Positions 49,477 to 62,598 of a DNA stretch of 64,000 nucleotides are shown here, in pieces. This DNA is from Candidatus Aminicenantes bacterium (GTDB lineage: Bacteria > Acidobacteriota > Aminicenantia > Aminicenantales > JAFGBC01). Within the stretch, counting starts at the first letter, position 1. Each line of letters opens with the position of its first letter. A model generated the notes under the pieces. The model saw nothing but the letters and a program-made list of their open reading frames with translations, was not told the DNA's origin and ran no database searches. Both the position numbers and the translations under genes were made by a program. The stretch covers positions 864,001 through 928,000 of the forward strand of contig OY969696.1 of the NCBI GenBank assembly GCA_963702005.1. Direction: 5' to 3'.

Positions 49477-49586
49477 TTGACCCGTTCGCCGACGCTACCC
49501 CGCCCTGAAAGGCGGGGACGAGAAGCGAGGCTCAGGGTTAATCCAGATCAATCCCCGGCATTCATGCCGGAGTCGGAGGATTGACA
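49477..49586. repeat. REP-like element related to 48803 units, with nested hairpins
   Basis: TTGACCCGTTCGC...GCTCAGGGTTAA...GGATTGACA; inner CCCCGCC-N6-GGCGGGG and CCGGCA-N4-TGCCGG. Confidence 0.7.
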
Positions 49587-49611
49587 AGCCCGATGGAGGC
49601 TGTTAGTATTC

Positions 49612-50415
49612 ATGGCTGTCATGACGAATCCGTGGACGCGTTGCAACAACTGCCTTAAAATCCTGTATAAGCAGGATATTATCGACAATAACACCGTGTG
49701 CCCGTCCTGCAACTTCCATTTTCGGCTGTCCGCCCTGGAGCGGCTTCGGACCCTCTTCGACGACGGGGCGTTCACCATCTTCGACGACAACGTCTACCCC
49801 AAGGACGCGCTCGGCTTCATGGACGGGCTGAAAAGCTACGGCCAGAAGCTCCAGGAGAATCAAAAGAAAACGCGCCTGTCGGAGGCCGTCGTCAACGCCA
49901 TCGGGACCATGGGCGGCCTCAAGGTCGTCATCTCGGCCATGGACTTTTCCTTCCTGGGGGGAAGCATGGGGTCCGTCGTCGGGGAGAAGGTGACCCGGGC
50001 CGTCGAGCGGGCCATCAAGGAAAAAGCGCCCTTCATCGTCGTTTCCTGTTCGGGCGGGGCCCGGATGCAGGAAGGCGCCCTGTCCCTGATGCAGATGATG
50101 AAGACGAGCGCCGCCCTGGCCAGGCTCGAAGCGGCCCGCCTCCCCTACATCTCCGTCCTGGCCGACCCGACCACGGGCGGCGTCACGGCCAGCTACTCGA
50201 TGCTGGGCGATATCAACGTCGCCGAGCCCCAAGCCCTGATCGGGTTCGCCGGCCCCCGGGTCATCGAGCAGACCGTCAAGGAGAAGCTCCCCAAAGGCTT
50301 CCAGCGCTCCGAATTCCTGCTCGAGCACGGCATGCTCGACGACGTCATCGAGCGGAAACGCCTTCGCCCCTACCTGATCAAGGCGATCCGGCTCTTCCTC
50401 AACCGTCCGGAATAG
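49612..50415 (+). CDS. accD: Acetyl-CoA carboxylase carboxyltransferase beta (start may be 49621)
   Basis: CNNC..CPSC zinc finger, GGSMGSVVGEK, SGGARMQEG, PTTGGVTAS, FQRSEFLLEHG. Confidence 0.95.
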   Translation: MAVMTNPWTRCNNCLKILYKQDIIDNNTVCPSCNFHFRLSALERLRTLFDDGAFTIFDDNVYPKDALGFMDGLKSYGQKLQENQKKTRLSEAVVNAIGTMGGLKVVISAMDFSFLGGSMGSVVGEKVTRAVERAIKEKAPFIVVSCSGGARMQEGALSLMQMMKTSAALARLEAARLPYISVLADPTTGGVTASYSMLGDINVAEPQALIGFAGPRVIEQTVKEKLPKGFQRSEFLLEHGMLDDVIERKRLRPYLIKAIRLFLNRPE

Positions 50416-50512
50416 GGGAGGGGGCCGCGCCTTCGCTCCCAGCCCCGCCTCGATCCCCAATGGCTCAACCAAACGGAACCCGACAGGCGAGCCCGGCGTC
50501 TGGGGGAGCGCG

Positions 50513-51838
50513 ATGAGGAGGACGGGGCGGGCCTCCGCGACCTGGCCGGCCGCCTGCCGGGAATTTCTCGATCATCTTCAAGTCCACGGGATCAAGCTCG
50601 GCCTGGGGAATATCAGGGCCCTTCTCGCCGAATTGGGCGATCCTCAAGAATCCTTCCCCTCGGTCCATGTGGCCGGCACGAACGGGAAAGGCTCGGTCTC
50701 GGCCATGCTGGCGAGCATTCTCTCCCGTCATGGTTTCCGGGTCGGGCTCTACACGTCTCCCCATCTGGTTAAGGTCGAAGAACGCATCCGTATCGGGGAC
50801 AGGCTTATCGACGGCGCGGACTTTTGCCGCCTCCTCAACGTCATAAGGCGCCGGATCGGGAGGCTATTAAAAAATGGCCGGCTCTCCGCCCACCCGACCT
50901 TCTTCGAGGTCCTGACCGCGCTGGCCTTTCTCTATTTCCGGGAGAAGGGCGTTGATATCGCCATCCTCGAGGTCGGTATGGGCGGCCGGTTCGATGCGAC
51001 CAACGTCGTGACGCCCCTCGTCTCCGTCATAACCTCGATCGCCCGCGATCATGAAGAGTACCTCGGGAAAGGGCTGAGGCGAATCGCCCGGGAAAAGGCG
51101 GGCATCATCAAGCCGGGAGTTCCGGTTGTCTGCGGCTGCGAGAAGGGCGTCGCCCGTGCCGTCATCGGAGGCCGAGCCCGCGCGCTCCGCGCTCCTCTCC
51201 GGGGGGTCTTCGATTTCCCAGGCCGGTTCAGGACGACCAGGACCGCGTCCGGGTATCGTTTCCAGTTGGACACGGGCCGGGAGGTTTATCGCTTTTCGCC
51301 GGCGCTGCGCGGCCTTCACCAGGGCCGGAATGCGGCTCTGGCCGTTGCCGCGGCCGAGACGATCGCGGACGTCTGGAAGCCGCTCGTTTCCGGTAAAATC
51401 GTCGCGGGGATCGAGGGCGCGCGTTGGCCGGGCCGGCTCGAGCTCGTCTCGCGCCGGCCCGACGTTATCCTCGACGGCTGTCACAATGAAGAAGGGGCTC
51501 AGGCGCTTGCCCGCTACATGCGGGATTTCGTCCCCGGCCGTCCCGTCCTTGTCTTCGCCGCGTCCGCCGATAAGCCGGTCCGGAAGATGGCAGACCATCT
51601 CTTCCCCCTGGTTCGTCGGGTCAAACTGACCAGCTTCCCTTCCCCCAGGGCGCTCGACCCCGCCCAAATGCTGAGGATTCTGCCGTCTTTCAAGGCCAAA
51701 ACGGCCATTGAGCCCGATCCAGTGAAAGCCGTTCGCTTGGCAATGGCTGAGGCGGGTCGGCGGGGGACCGTCGTCGTCGCTGGCTCGCTCTTCCTGGTGG
51801 GCGAGGTCAAACGGCTCCGGCTCTTCTCCATGCGATAA
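50513..51838 (+). CDS. folC: Folylpolyglutamate/dihydrofolate synthase
   Basis: VAGTNGKGS, YTSPHL, EVGMGGRFDATN, WPGRLE, DGCHN, GSLFLVG. Confidence 0.93.
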   Translation: MRRTGRASATWPAACREFLDHLQVHGIKLGLGNIRALLAELGDPQESFPSVHVAGTNGKGSVSAMLASILSRHGFRVGLYTSPHLVKVEERIRIGDRLIDGADFCRLLNVIRRRIGRLLKNGRLSAHPTFFEVLTALAFLYFREKGVDIAILEVGMGGRFDATNVVTPLVSVITSIARDHEEYLGKGLRRIAREKAGIIKPGVPVVCGCEKGVARAVIGGRARALRAPLRGVFDFPGRFRTTRTASGYRFQLDTGREVYRFSPALRGLHQGRNAALAVAAAETIADVWKPLVSGKIVAGIEGARWPGRLELVSRRPDVILDGCHNEEGAQALARYMRDFVPGRPVLVFAASADKPVRKMADHLFPLVRRVKLTSFPSPRALDPAQMLRILPSFKAKTAIEPDPVKAVRLAMAEAGRRGTVVVAGSLFLVGEVKRLRLFSMR

Positions 51839-51913
51839 GGTCCCTGCGGCGGCTTGCAATTTCGTGCCAAAAAGCGTAAAATTTTTTCTCGTTTTACGGC
51901 CCCGTGAGATGAA

Positions 51914-52330
51914 ATGCTTTCCATCGACGCGTCCTTCATCGCCGTTTTCCTGATCGTTTGGATCCTCGTCCTCGTCCTTTCCAAGGTCTTTTTCAAGCCC
52001 GTGCTGAGGCTCATGTCCGACCGGAACGCCCGGATCAAGGCGGATATCGACACCGCCCGGAACACCCTGACCGTCGCCGAACAGGACCTCCAGAAAATCG
52101 AGGCCAGGCTCAAGGCCGCCCGGTCCAAGGCCGCGGCCGTCCGGGAAGCGGCCGAGATCGAGGCGCTCAAGAACAAGGCCCGGATGCTCGACGAGCTCGG
52201 CGAGGACGGCCGGGCCCAGATCCTGAAAGCCAAGCAGGAGCTGGAGCGGGAAACCGAGCGCCTTAAACAGGAGCTCCGCTCCCAGACCGAGCTTTTAGCC
52301 GAAAAGATCGAAGAAAGATTGCTCCATTGA
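51914..52330 (+). CDS. ATP synthase F0 subunit b'
   Basis: N-terminal TM, FFKPV, coiled coil; heads atp operon. Confidence 0.85.
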   Translation: MLSIDASFIAVFLIVWILVLVLSKVFFKPVLRLMSDRNARIKADIDTARNTLTVAEQDLQKIEARLKAARSKAAAVREAAEIEALKNKARMLDELGEDGRAQILKAKQELERETERLKQELRSQTELLAEKIEERLLH

Positions 52331-52923
52331 CAAGGTCCAAGGCCCTGATCATCCTTCTCCTGCTCTTGGCGGTTCCTTGTCTGGCCCAGGCAGCCGCCGT
52401 CGAGGAGGGCCATTCAGGCTCTTCCGCGACCGCCGCTTTCCTGGGCAAGGCCGTCAACGCCCTGATCCTTTTCGGCGGGCTCGCCTTCCTCTTGGCCAAG
52501 ACCGTCCGCTCTTTCCTGGATACCCGGTCCGCGGGCATCGAGCGGTCCATCCGGGAGGCTGCCGAGTCCCGGGCGGACGCGGAGCGGAGGCTCGAGGACG
52601 TCAGGGCTCGACTGGGCCGGATTGACGAGGAGTTGGGGCGGATCCGGAAGGACGGGGAGGAGGAGACCGCCTTGTCCATAAGCCGGATTCAAGAGCGAAC
52701 CCGGCAGGAAGCCGAAAGGCTCAAGCTGCTGACCCGCCAGGAGATCGAGCTCGGGATCCGGGCCGGCTTGCGCGAGCTGAGGGAATACGCCGCCGACCTC
52801 GCTATCGGGCTGGCCAAGGAGCGCATCCGCAAAGCGCTGACCGAGGACGGGCACGCGCGTCTCATCGACCGTTCCATCGAAAGGCTGGGACGACTCCCCA
52901 ATGAAGAATCAGACGCTTATTAA
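52327..52923 (+). CDS. atpF: ATP synthase F0 subunit b
   Basis: TM segments plus coiled coil ending LIDRSIERL. Confidence 0.85.
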   Translation: MTRSKALIILLLLLAVPCLAQAAAVEEGHSGSSATAAFLGKAVNALILFGGLAFLLAKTVRSFLDTRSAGIERSIREAAESRADAERRLEDVRARLGRIDEELGRIRKDGEEETALSISRIQERTRQEAERLKLLTRQEIELGIRAGLRELREYAADLAIGLAKERIRKALTEDGHARLIDRSIERLGRLPNEESDAY

Positions 52924-53443
52924 AAGCTACGCCGAGGGTCTTGTCCTCGCGCTCGATGACGACGCCGAATACGGCCGCGTCGAGAGCGAGCTTCAAGGGC
53001 TTTGCCGCCTGTTTAACGAGAACCCAAGCCTCCGGCGGACGCTGGATAGTCCTCTCTTGGCGGCCGGCCGGAAGGCCGAAGTCGTCCGGGATATCCTGGA
53101 TCGAGTCGACATCTCCGATAAAACCCGCCGTTTCATCCTCCTTGTCATGGAGCACAACCGGCAGGGCCTGCTGGCTGAAATCATCGAGGCGCTGCCCCTG
53201 GCTTGGAATGATAAGAAAGGGGTCGTCAGCTACGAGGTGACCTCGACCGCCCCGCTCTCGGAAGCGCAGAAAAGGAGGCTCGGCGCCGAGCTCGAGCGTC
53301 TGGAGAGGGCGCCCGTCCGTCTGACTTATGAGCTGAACGCGGCCGTCCTGGGCGGACTTTCGGTCCGGAAAGGAAACCTCGTTTACGACGCGTCGCTCAA
53401 AGGCAGCCTGAACCGGCTGCGGGCTCAAATCCTGGAAGGGTAG
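52901..53443 (+). CDS. atpH: ATP synthase subunit delta
   Basis: [22 protein letters not shown]. Confidence 0.9.
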   Translation: MKNQTLIKSYAEGLVLALDDDAEYGRVESELQGLCRLFNENPSLRRTLDSPLLAAGRKAEVVRDILDRVDISDKTRRFILLVMEHNRQGLLAEIIEALPLAWNDKKGVVSYEVTSTAPLSEAQKRRLGAELERLERAPVRLTYELNAAVLGGLSVRKGNLVYDASLKGSLNRLRAQILEG

Positions 53444-53451
53444 CGGTAACC

Positions 53452-54968
53452 ATGGACATCAAAGCGGACGAAATCCGAAAGATCATCCAGCGCCGGATCG
53501 AAGGCCTGGAGATGGAGGTCGATATCCGGGAGGTCGGGACGGTCATCTCGGTCGGGGACGGCATCGCCCGCATCCACGGCCTGGACCGGGTCATGTACAA
53601 CGAGCTCCTCGAGTTCCCCAACGACCTCTTCGGCCTGGCCCTGAACCTCGAGGAGGACAGCGTCGGAGCCGTTCTCTTGGGCGAAAGCCATCGCGTCCGG
53701 GAAGGCGACATGGTTCGGCGCACGCACCGGATCATGGAAGTCCCGGCCGGCCCGGCCTTAATAGGAAGGGTCGTCAACGCCCTCGGGCTCCCCCTGGACG
53801 GGAAAGGCCCGATCAAGACCGACATCCACATGGCCGTGGAGCGGCTCGCCCCCGGCGTCGTGGACAGGCTCCCCGTCCGGAATCCGCTCCAGACCGGGAT
53901 CAAGGCCATCGATGCCATGATACCAATCGGCCGCGGCCAACGCGAGCTCATCATCGGCGACCGGCAGACCGGGAAGTCGGCCATCGTCCTGGACACGATC
54001 ATCAACCAGAAGGGCAAGGACGTCGTCTGCATCTACGTCGCGATCGGCCAGAAGAACTCCACGATCGCCTTTTTTGTCAAGACCCTGGAGGACTTCGGGG
54101 CCATGGATTATTCGATCGTGGTCGCCTCTTCGGCTTCCGACCCGTCGCCCCTCCAGTACCTGGCCCCCTACAGCGGCTGCGCGATAGGCGAGTACTTCCG
54201 TGATAACGGCCAGCACGCGCTCGTCATCTATGACGACCTCTCCAAGCACGCCGCCGCCTACCGGGAGATTTCGCTTCTCCTCCGGCGCCCGCCCGGCCGC
54301 GAGGCCTACCCGGGCGACGTCTTCTACCTCCATTCCCGCCTTCTGGAGCGGGCCGCCAAGTACGACGACGAGCACGGCGGCGGATCGCTGACGGCCCTGC
54401 CCCTGATCGAAACCCAGGCCGGCGACGTGTCCGGGTACATCCCGACCAACGTCATCTCGATCACGGACGGCCAGATCTACCTCGAGCCGGAGCTCTTCAA
54501 CGCCGGCGTCCGGCCGGCCATCAACGTCGGGATCTCGGTCTCCCGGGTCGGCGGCAATGCCCAGATCAAGGCCATGAAGCAAGTCGCCGGCAAGCTGCGC
54601 GGCGACCTCCAGCAGTACCGCGAGCTCCTGACGTTCGCCCAGTTCGGGACCGAGCTCGACCGGATTTCGCAGGCCCAGCTCGACCGCGGCCAGCGTCTGA
54701 CCGAAGTCCTCAAGCAGAACCAGTTCGCGCCCCTCCCGGTCGAAAAGCAGGTCCTCATCATCTACGCCGGGAACCGCGGCTTCCTCGACGAGATCCCGGT
54801 CGTCCGGATCGGCGAGTACGAGACGAAGCTCTACGAAGTTATAGCCAAGGAGCGGCCCGAGATCCTAATCCAGATCGCCGAGCGGAAGCAGATCGACGCC
54901 CGGCTCGATGAGGCCATCGCCGCCGCCCTGACCGAGTTCAACAAGCGCTTCCGGGAGGGCGCCGTCTG

Positions 54969-54969
<1 letters not shown>
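53452..54969 (+). CDS. atpA: ATP synthase subunit alpha
   Basis: [25 protein letters not shown]. Confidence 0.98.
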
Positions 54970-57547
<2,578 letters not shown>

Positions 57548-57576
<29 letters not shown>

Positions 57577-58285
57577 AACCCTGGACACGTTCTACCAAGG
57601 CCGGGTCCTCGTCCTTCAGAAGAGAAGGGGATACCGGTTCTCCGTGGACGCGCCCCTGCTGGCCGATTTCATCGAGACCCGGCCCGGCGACGCCCTGCTC
57701 GAGCTCGGCACCGGCTGCGGGATCATCGCCCTCCTCCTCGCCCTCAAGCCGTTCCGCCGCCTGGTCGCCCTCGAGATCCAGCCCTCCCTGGTCGACCTGG
57801 CCAGGCGCAATGTCGGGCTCAACGGATTCGAGGAGCGGCTCGAGGTCCTCGAGACGGACTTCCGCTCCTTCACGACGGACGAGCGATTCGACGTCGTCTT
57901 TTCGAATCCTCCCTACATCCGGCGCCGGGGAGGCCATCTCAGCTTGAGCGAGGAGAGGTCGATCGCCCGCCACGAGGTCGCCTGCGACATTTTCGATGTC
58001 ATGGCTAAGACCGCTGAGCTCCTCGCGCGCGACGGCCGGGCCCATTTCATTTATCCCGTCCGGCGGACGACCGATTTCCGGACGGCCCTCGACCGGAGCG
58101 GCCTCGGGCTGCGCCGCTTCCGCCCCGTCCTTCCCCGGGAGGGCGCTCCGGCCAACCTGTTCCTGGCCGCCTGCGGATTTGAGGCCGGCCCGGCCGAGGA
58201 GCTCCCGCCCCTCGTCCTGTTCGGCCCGGACGGGACGTACTCGGCCGAAGCCCAGGAGATATTTTCAGGGAGAGCCCATGCTTAA
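57548..58285 (+). CDS. TrmN6/YfiC-like adenine-N6 methyltransferase
   Basis: GYRFSVDA, ELGTGCG, SNPPY, ARHE. Confidence 0.85.
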
Positions 58286-59114
58286 AGTCGTCGAGAATTT
58301 CAAGGTCGTTTACAGGTACCGGGTCCTCATTCAAAACCTGATCAGCCGCGAGCTCAAGGCCCGCTACCGGGGGACCGTCCTCGGCTTCCTCTGGTCGTTC
58401 ATCAACCCGCTCCTGCTCATGATCATCTACACGATCGTCTTCGGGTTCATCATCGGCCCCCGCGACCCGGCCTTCGGCAAAAGCTCCATCCTCTACGCCC
58501 TGTTCCTCTTCTGCGGCGTCCTTCCCTGGTCATGGTTCGCGTCTTCGTCGATCGAGTCCGCCAATATTCTGATGATCCAGGGCAACCTCATCAAGAAGGT
58601 CCTCTTCCCGGCCGAGGTCCTGCCCATCGTCGTCGTGACATCGAACTTCATCAATTTTCTGTTCGGGCTTCCCATCCTGCTGGCGGCCAGGCTCATCATC
58701 GTGCTGCTCGTCCCCCAGTCCCCGCCCTTCTCGGCCTATCTCGCTTTGCTGCCTCTGGTCATGCTCGTCCAGTACATTTTCTCGCTCGGTTTCGGGTTTT
58801 TGATCTCATCGCTGACCGTCCACTTCCGGGACATCAAGGACATCCTCTCCAACCTGCTGACCTTCTGGTTCTTCGCGACGCCCATCATCTACCCGATGAC
58901 GTTCCCGGCCATCCAGCGTTCGAGCCTGTTCCGTTTCTTCCTGAACCTGAACCCGATGACCCATATTATCCAGGGTTACCACGCCACCCTGTACTATGGA
59001 CAGCCGCTGGATTGGCTCCACCTGGGAGGCACGCTCGTTTTTTCCCTGCTCCTGCTCTGGGCCGGCCATACCGTCTTCGACCGGCTGCGCGATTCCTTCC
59101 CCGAGGAGGTTTGA
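58278..59114 (+). CDS. wzm: Polysaccharide ABC transporter permease
   Basis: KARYRGTVLGFLWS, FRDI, TPIIYP, LNPM. Confidence 0.9.
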   Translation: MLKVVENFKVVYRYRVLIQNLISRELKARYRGTVLGFLWSFINPLLLMIIYTIVFGFIIGPRDPAFGKSSILYALFLFCGVLPWSWFASSSIESANILMIQGNLIKKVLFPAEVLPIVVVTSNFINFLFGLPILLAARLIIVLLVPQSPPFSAYLALLPLVMLVQYIFSLGFGFLISSLTVHFRDIKDILSNLLTFWFFATPIIYPMTFPAIQRSSLFRFFLNLNPMTHIIQGYHATLYYGQPLDWLHLGGTLVFSLLLLWAGHTVFDRLRDSFPEEV

Positions 59115-59115
59115 G

Positions 59116-60453
59116 GTGTACGCCATCGACGTCGACAACGTCACCCGGATCTACCAGAAATATTCGGCCCGGCACCGCTTCCAAACCTTCAAAAGCGCCC
59201 TGCTCAAGGGGGATTTTTTACGGGCCCTCCGGCCGGACGAGCTGGTCCGAGCCCTGGACGGAGTCAGCCTGAAGATCGAAAAAGGACAGACTTTCGGCAT
59301 CATCGGCGAGAACGGCTCGGGCAAGAGCACCCTGCTCAAGGTCGTGGCCGGGATCGCCAAGCCGAGTTCGGGCCGGGTCCGGACCCAGGGCAAGGTCTCG
59401 GCCCTGATCGAGCTGGGGGCCGGCTTTCACCCCGAGATCACGGGGCGGGAGAACGTGACCATCAACGGGATCATGCTCGGGCTGTCCAAGAAGGACATCC
59501 AGCAGAAATTCGACGAGATCGTCCGCTTCGCCGAGCTCGAGGAGTTCATCGACGCCCCGGTCAAGACCTACTCGTCCGGGATGTACATGCGGCTCGGATT
59601 CTCGATCGCCATCAACGTCAACCCCGAGATCCTGCTTATCGACGAGGTCCTGGCCGTCGGCGACGCCTCGTTCGTCCCCAAGTGCCTGGACCGGATCGAC
59701 GACTTCCGGCGCCGCAAGAAGACGATTTTGTTCGTCAGCCACGACCTGCCGACCGTCGCCAAGATCTGCGATAAAGTTGCCTGGATGAAGTCCGGCCGGC
59801 TGATGATGGTCGGCGAGCCCAAGCGGGTCGTCGACGCCTACCTCCAGGAGGTCACCGTCAAGCACGAGGAGAAATTCGAGGAGCGGAGCAAGACGATCGA
59901 CCTCGAGCAGAAGTTCGAGGAGGAGCGCCGCGAGAACCGCTGGGGGGACCGGGCGGTCGAGATCAAGAAGGTCCGGCTCCTGTCCCTCAAGGGGGCCGAG
60001 AAACATATCTTCGCCTCGGAGGAGGGACTGATCATCGAAATGGAGGTTGAAGCCCGTTCCCCGATCAAGGACTTCGTCTTCGGGATCGGCATCTTCAACT
60101 CCCAGGGAGTCGCCTGTTACGGGACGAACACCAATCTCGAGGACTACCTGCCCGTTTCGATCAAGGGCCGGGGCAAGGTCGCCTGCCGGATCGAACGGCT
60201 CGGCCTCATCAACGGGACCTACTACCTCGACGTGGCCGTCCACAAGAAGGACGGCTATCCCTTCGACTACCACCGCAACCTCTATTCCTTCATGGTCACC
60301 TCGACCTTGAAGGACGAGGGGATCGCGCGGCTGGTCCACGGCTGGAGCTTTTCGCCCAAGATCCGCATCCGGCCGCCCAAGCCGGCCGCCAAGGCCCGCC
60401 GAGCGCGCGCCGCCAGAACCCGACATGTCTCGAAAAAAAATAAAAAGCGCTGA
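59116..60453 (+). CDS. wzt: Polysaccharide ABC transporter ATPase with C-terminal carbohydrate-binding domain
   Basis: [25 protein letters not shown] then beta-sandwich. Confidence 0.92.
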   Translation: MYAIDVDNVTRIYQKYSARHRFQTFKSALLKGDFLRALRPDELVRALDGVSLKIEKGQTFGIIGENGSGKSTLLKVVAGIAKPSSGRVRTQGKVSALIELGAGFHPEITGRENVTINGIMLGLSKKDIQQKFDEIVRFAELEEFIDAPVKTYSSGMYMRLGFSIAINVNPEILLIDEVLAVGDASFVPKCLDRIDDFRRRKKTILFVSHDLPTVAKICDKVAWMKSGRLMMVGEPKRVVDAYLQEVTVKHEEKFEERSKTIDLEQKFEEERRENRWGDRAVEIKKVRLLSLKGAEKHIFASEEGLIIEMEVEARSPIKDFVFGIGIFNSQGVACYGTNTNLEDYLPVSIKGRGKVACRIERLGLINGTYYLDVAVHKKDGYPFDYHRNLYSFMVTSTLKDEGIARLVHGWSFSPKIRIRPPKPAAKARRARAARTRHVSKKNKKR

Positions 60454-60919
60454 GGCCCTGCGGCGCGTCCGGGCGCGCCTGCGCCGGGAGGGAAAGACCG
60501 TCGTTTTCACGAACGGCTGCTTCGACCTCCTCCACAAAGGGCACATCCGTCTGTTCCGGAAGGCGAAGAGCCTCGGCGACGTCCTGATCGTCGGGCTCAA
60601 CACGGATGCCTCGGTCCGGCGCCTCAAGGGGCCGGGCCGGCCCATCCTTCCCCTCCGCGAGCGGCAGGAGGTCCTGGCCGCGATTTCCGATATCGACTAC
60701 GTGACGTCTTTCCCCGAAGCGACCCCGCGCCGCATCATCGCCAAGATCCTCCCCGACGTCCTCGTCAAGGGCGGCGACTGGGGGCCGGACAGGGTCGTCG
60801 GCCGGGAGGAGGTCGAGGCCGCCGGCGGACGGGTCGTCATCGTTCCCTATCTCAAGGGGCGTTCGAGCACGTCCATCATCCGGAAGGTGCGCCGGAGCTT
60901 TGGGAAGGGCTCGGGATAG
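60425..60919 (+). CDS. rfaE2: Heptose 1-phosphate adenylyltransferase (RfaE domain II)
   Basis: [32 protein letters not shown]. Confidence 0.92.
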   Translation: MSRKKIKSAEALRRVRARLRREGKTVVFTNGCFDLLHKGHIRLFRKAKSLGDVLIVGLNTDASVRRLKGPGRPILPLRERQEVLAAISDIDYVTSFPEATPRRIIAKILPDVLVKGGDWGPDRVVGREEVEAAGGRVVIVPYLKGRSSTSIIRKVRRSFGKGSG

Positions 60920-60945
60920 CCGACTTATGGTATGATGTCTCCGTC

Positions 60946-61671
60946 ATGGAGAGGGCCGTGCCCGCAGCCGACATTTCGGCCGTCATCCTCTGCTACCGGG
61001 CCGGTCGGGGGGCCGAGGCGTTCGTCCGGCGGGTGATCTCCGCCCTGAACCAAGAGACCGAGAACTGGGAGGCCGTCCTGGTCGGGAACTATCTCAAAGG
61101 AGTCCCGGACGAGACCCCCCAAGTCGTGCGCGCGCTCGCGGCCGAAGATCCCCGGATCAAGGCCGTCACCCTCGAAAAGGAGGGGATGATGGGCTGGGAC
61201 GCCCGGAGCGGCCTGGGCCGGGCGACCGGCCGGACGATCGCCCTGATCGACGGCGACGGCCAGATGCCGGCTGAAGATCTGGTTCGCGTTTATCGGACTC
61301 TCGCCGCCGGCGGCCTGGATATGGTCAAGACCTACCGAAAGCGGCGGGACGACGGCTTCCTGCGCTGGGCCAACAGCGTTATTTACAACGCCGTCTTCAG
61401 GTTCCTGTTCCCCGGGTTCAAGGTCCGCGACGTCAACTCCAAGCCCAAGATCCTGGCCCGCGAGTTCTACGAGAAGCTCGACCTCCGCTCCGACGACTGG
61501 TTCTTGGACGCCGAAATCATCATCCAAGCCCGGCGCCTAGGCTGCCGGCTGGCCGAGGTCCCGACCGTTTTCCTGCAATCCCGGACGCGGCCTTCGTTCA
61601 TCCGGGTCAAGCACCTCATCGAGTTCCTGGGGAACTTATCCGCCGCCCGGGTCCGGGAGTTCCGGCGTTGA
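60946..61671 (+). CDS. Glycosyltransferase family 2
   Basis: IDGDGQ DxD motif, FLDAEII. Confidence 0.82.
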   Translation: MERAVPAADISAVILCYRAGRGAEAFVRRVISALNQETENWEAVLVGNYLKGVPDETPQVVRALAAEDPRIKAVTLEKEGMMGWDARSGLGRATGRTIALIDGDGQMPAEDLVRVYRTLAAGGLDMVKTYRKRRDDGFLRWANSVIYNAVFRFLFPGFKVRDVNSKPKILAREFYEKLDLRSDDWFLDAEIIIQARRLGCRLAEVPTVFLQSRTRPSFIRVKHLIEFLGNLSAARVREFRR

Positions 61672-62543
61672 GCAAGCGCGTCTTTGTGACCGGAGCGACG
61701 GGCGGTTTGGGCCGGAGGTTGCTCCCGCTCTTCGTCGAACGCGGATTTGAGGTCGAGGCTCTCTGCCGCAAACCTCCGGCCGGCATTCCGAGCGGCGTCC
61801 GCGTCGTCCCGGGGGATCTTGAAGCGCCCGAGACCTACGAGGCGGCCCTGGCGGGAGCGGATGCCGTCGTCCACATGGCCGCAGTTACCCATACCAATCA
61901 GACCGGACTCTATTACTATATCAACACGGAAGGGACGCGCCTCCTCGTGGAAGCCGCCCAACGCCGGGCCGTCTCCCGGTTCCTATTCGTGAGCACGCGG
62001 GCCGTCGCCGAGGAGGGCGGACCATACTGCCGTTCCAAGAAACTGGCCGAAGACATCGTGCGGGCGAGCCGGCTGGCCTGGACCATCGTGCGGCCGTCCG
62101 AGGTCTACGGCGTCGAGGGGAGCGAGGCCGTCGGCAACCTCATCCGCTGGATCGAGCGGCTGCCGTTCGTCCCGCTCATCGGGAGCGGGCGGTATGCGAT
62201 GGCGCCGGTCCATGTCGACGACGTTTGCGCCGCGATCGTCAAGATCCTCGAAACGGAGGCGACGGCGGGCCAAACCTACACGCTGGCCGGGCCCGAGGAG
62301 TTCAGCTACCAGTCCTTCGTCGACCGGGTCATGAAGGCCAAGGGAATCCGCAAGCCGGTCGTGAGGATTCCGGTCATCGCGGTCAGGACCGCGGCCGGGC
62401 TGTTCGCGGTCGCCCGGATGCGCAGGCCCCCTCTCGTTCGGGACCAGGTCGCGCGGCTGCTGAGCCCTAAAGGGGCGGATATCTCGGCTGCCCGCAAGGA
62501 CATCGGATACGACCCGCGGCCGTTCGACCCCGGCCGGAAATAA
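61668..62543 (+). CDS. NAD-dependent epimerase/dehydratase
   Basis: TGATGGLG, YCRSK, RPSEVYG. Confidence 0.85.
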   Translation: MSKRVFVTGATGGLGRRLLPLFVERGFEVEALCRKPPAGIPSGVRVVPGDLEAPETYEAALAGADAVVHMAAVTHTNQTGLYYYINTEGTRLLVEAAQRRAVSRFLFVSTRAVAEEGGPYCRSKKLAEDIVRASRLAWTIVRPSEVYGVEGSEAVGNLIRWIERLPFVPLIGSGRYAMAPVHVDDVCAAIVKILETEATAGQTYTLAGPEEFSYQSFVDRVMKAKGIRKPVVRIPVIAVRTAAGLFAVARMRRPPLVRDQVARLLSPKGADISAARKDIGYDPRPFDPGRK

Positions 62544-62598
62544 AATTGTAAAAAACACGGGGATGGAATAGAAATTATTTAGACAAAAGGAGCTCAGC

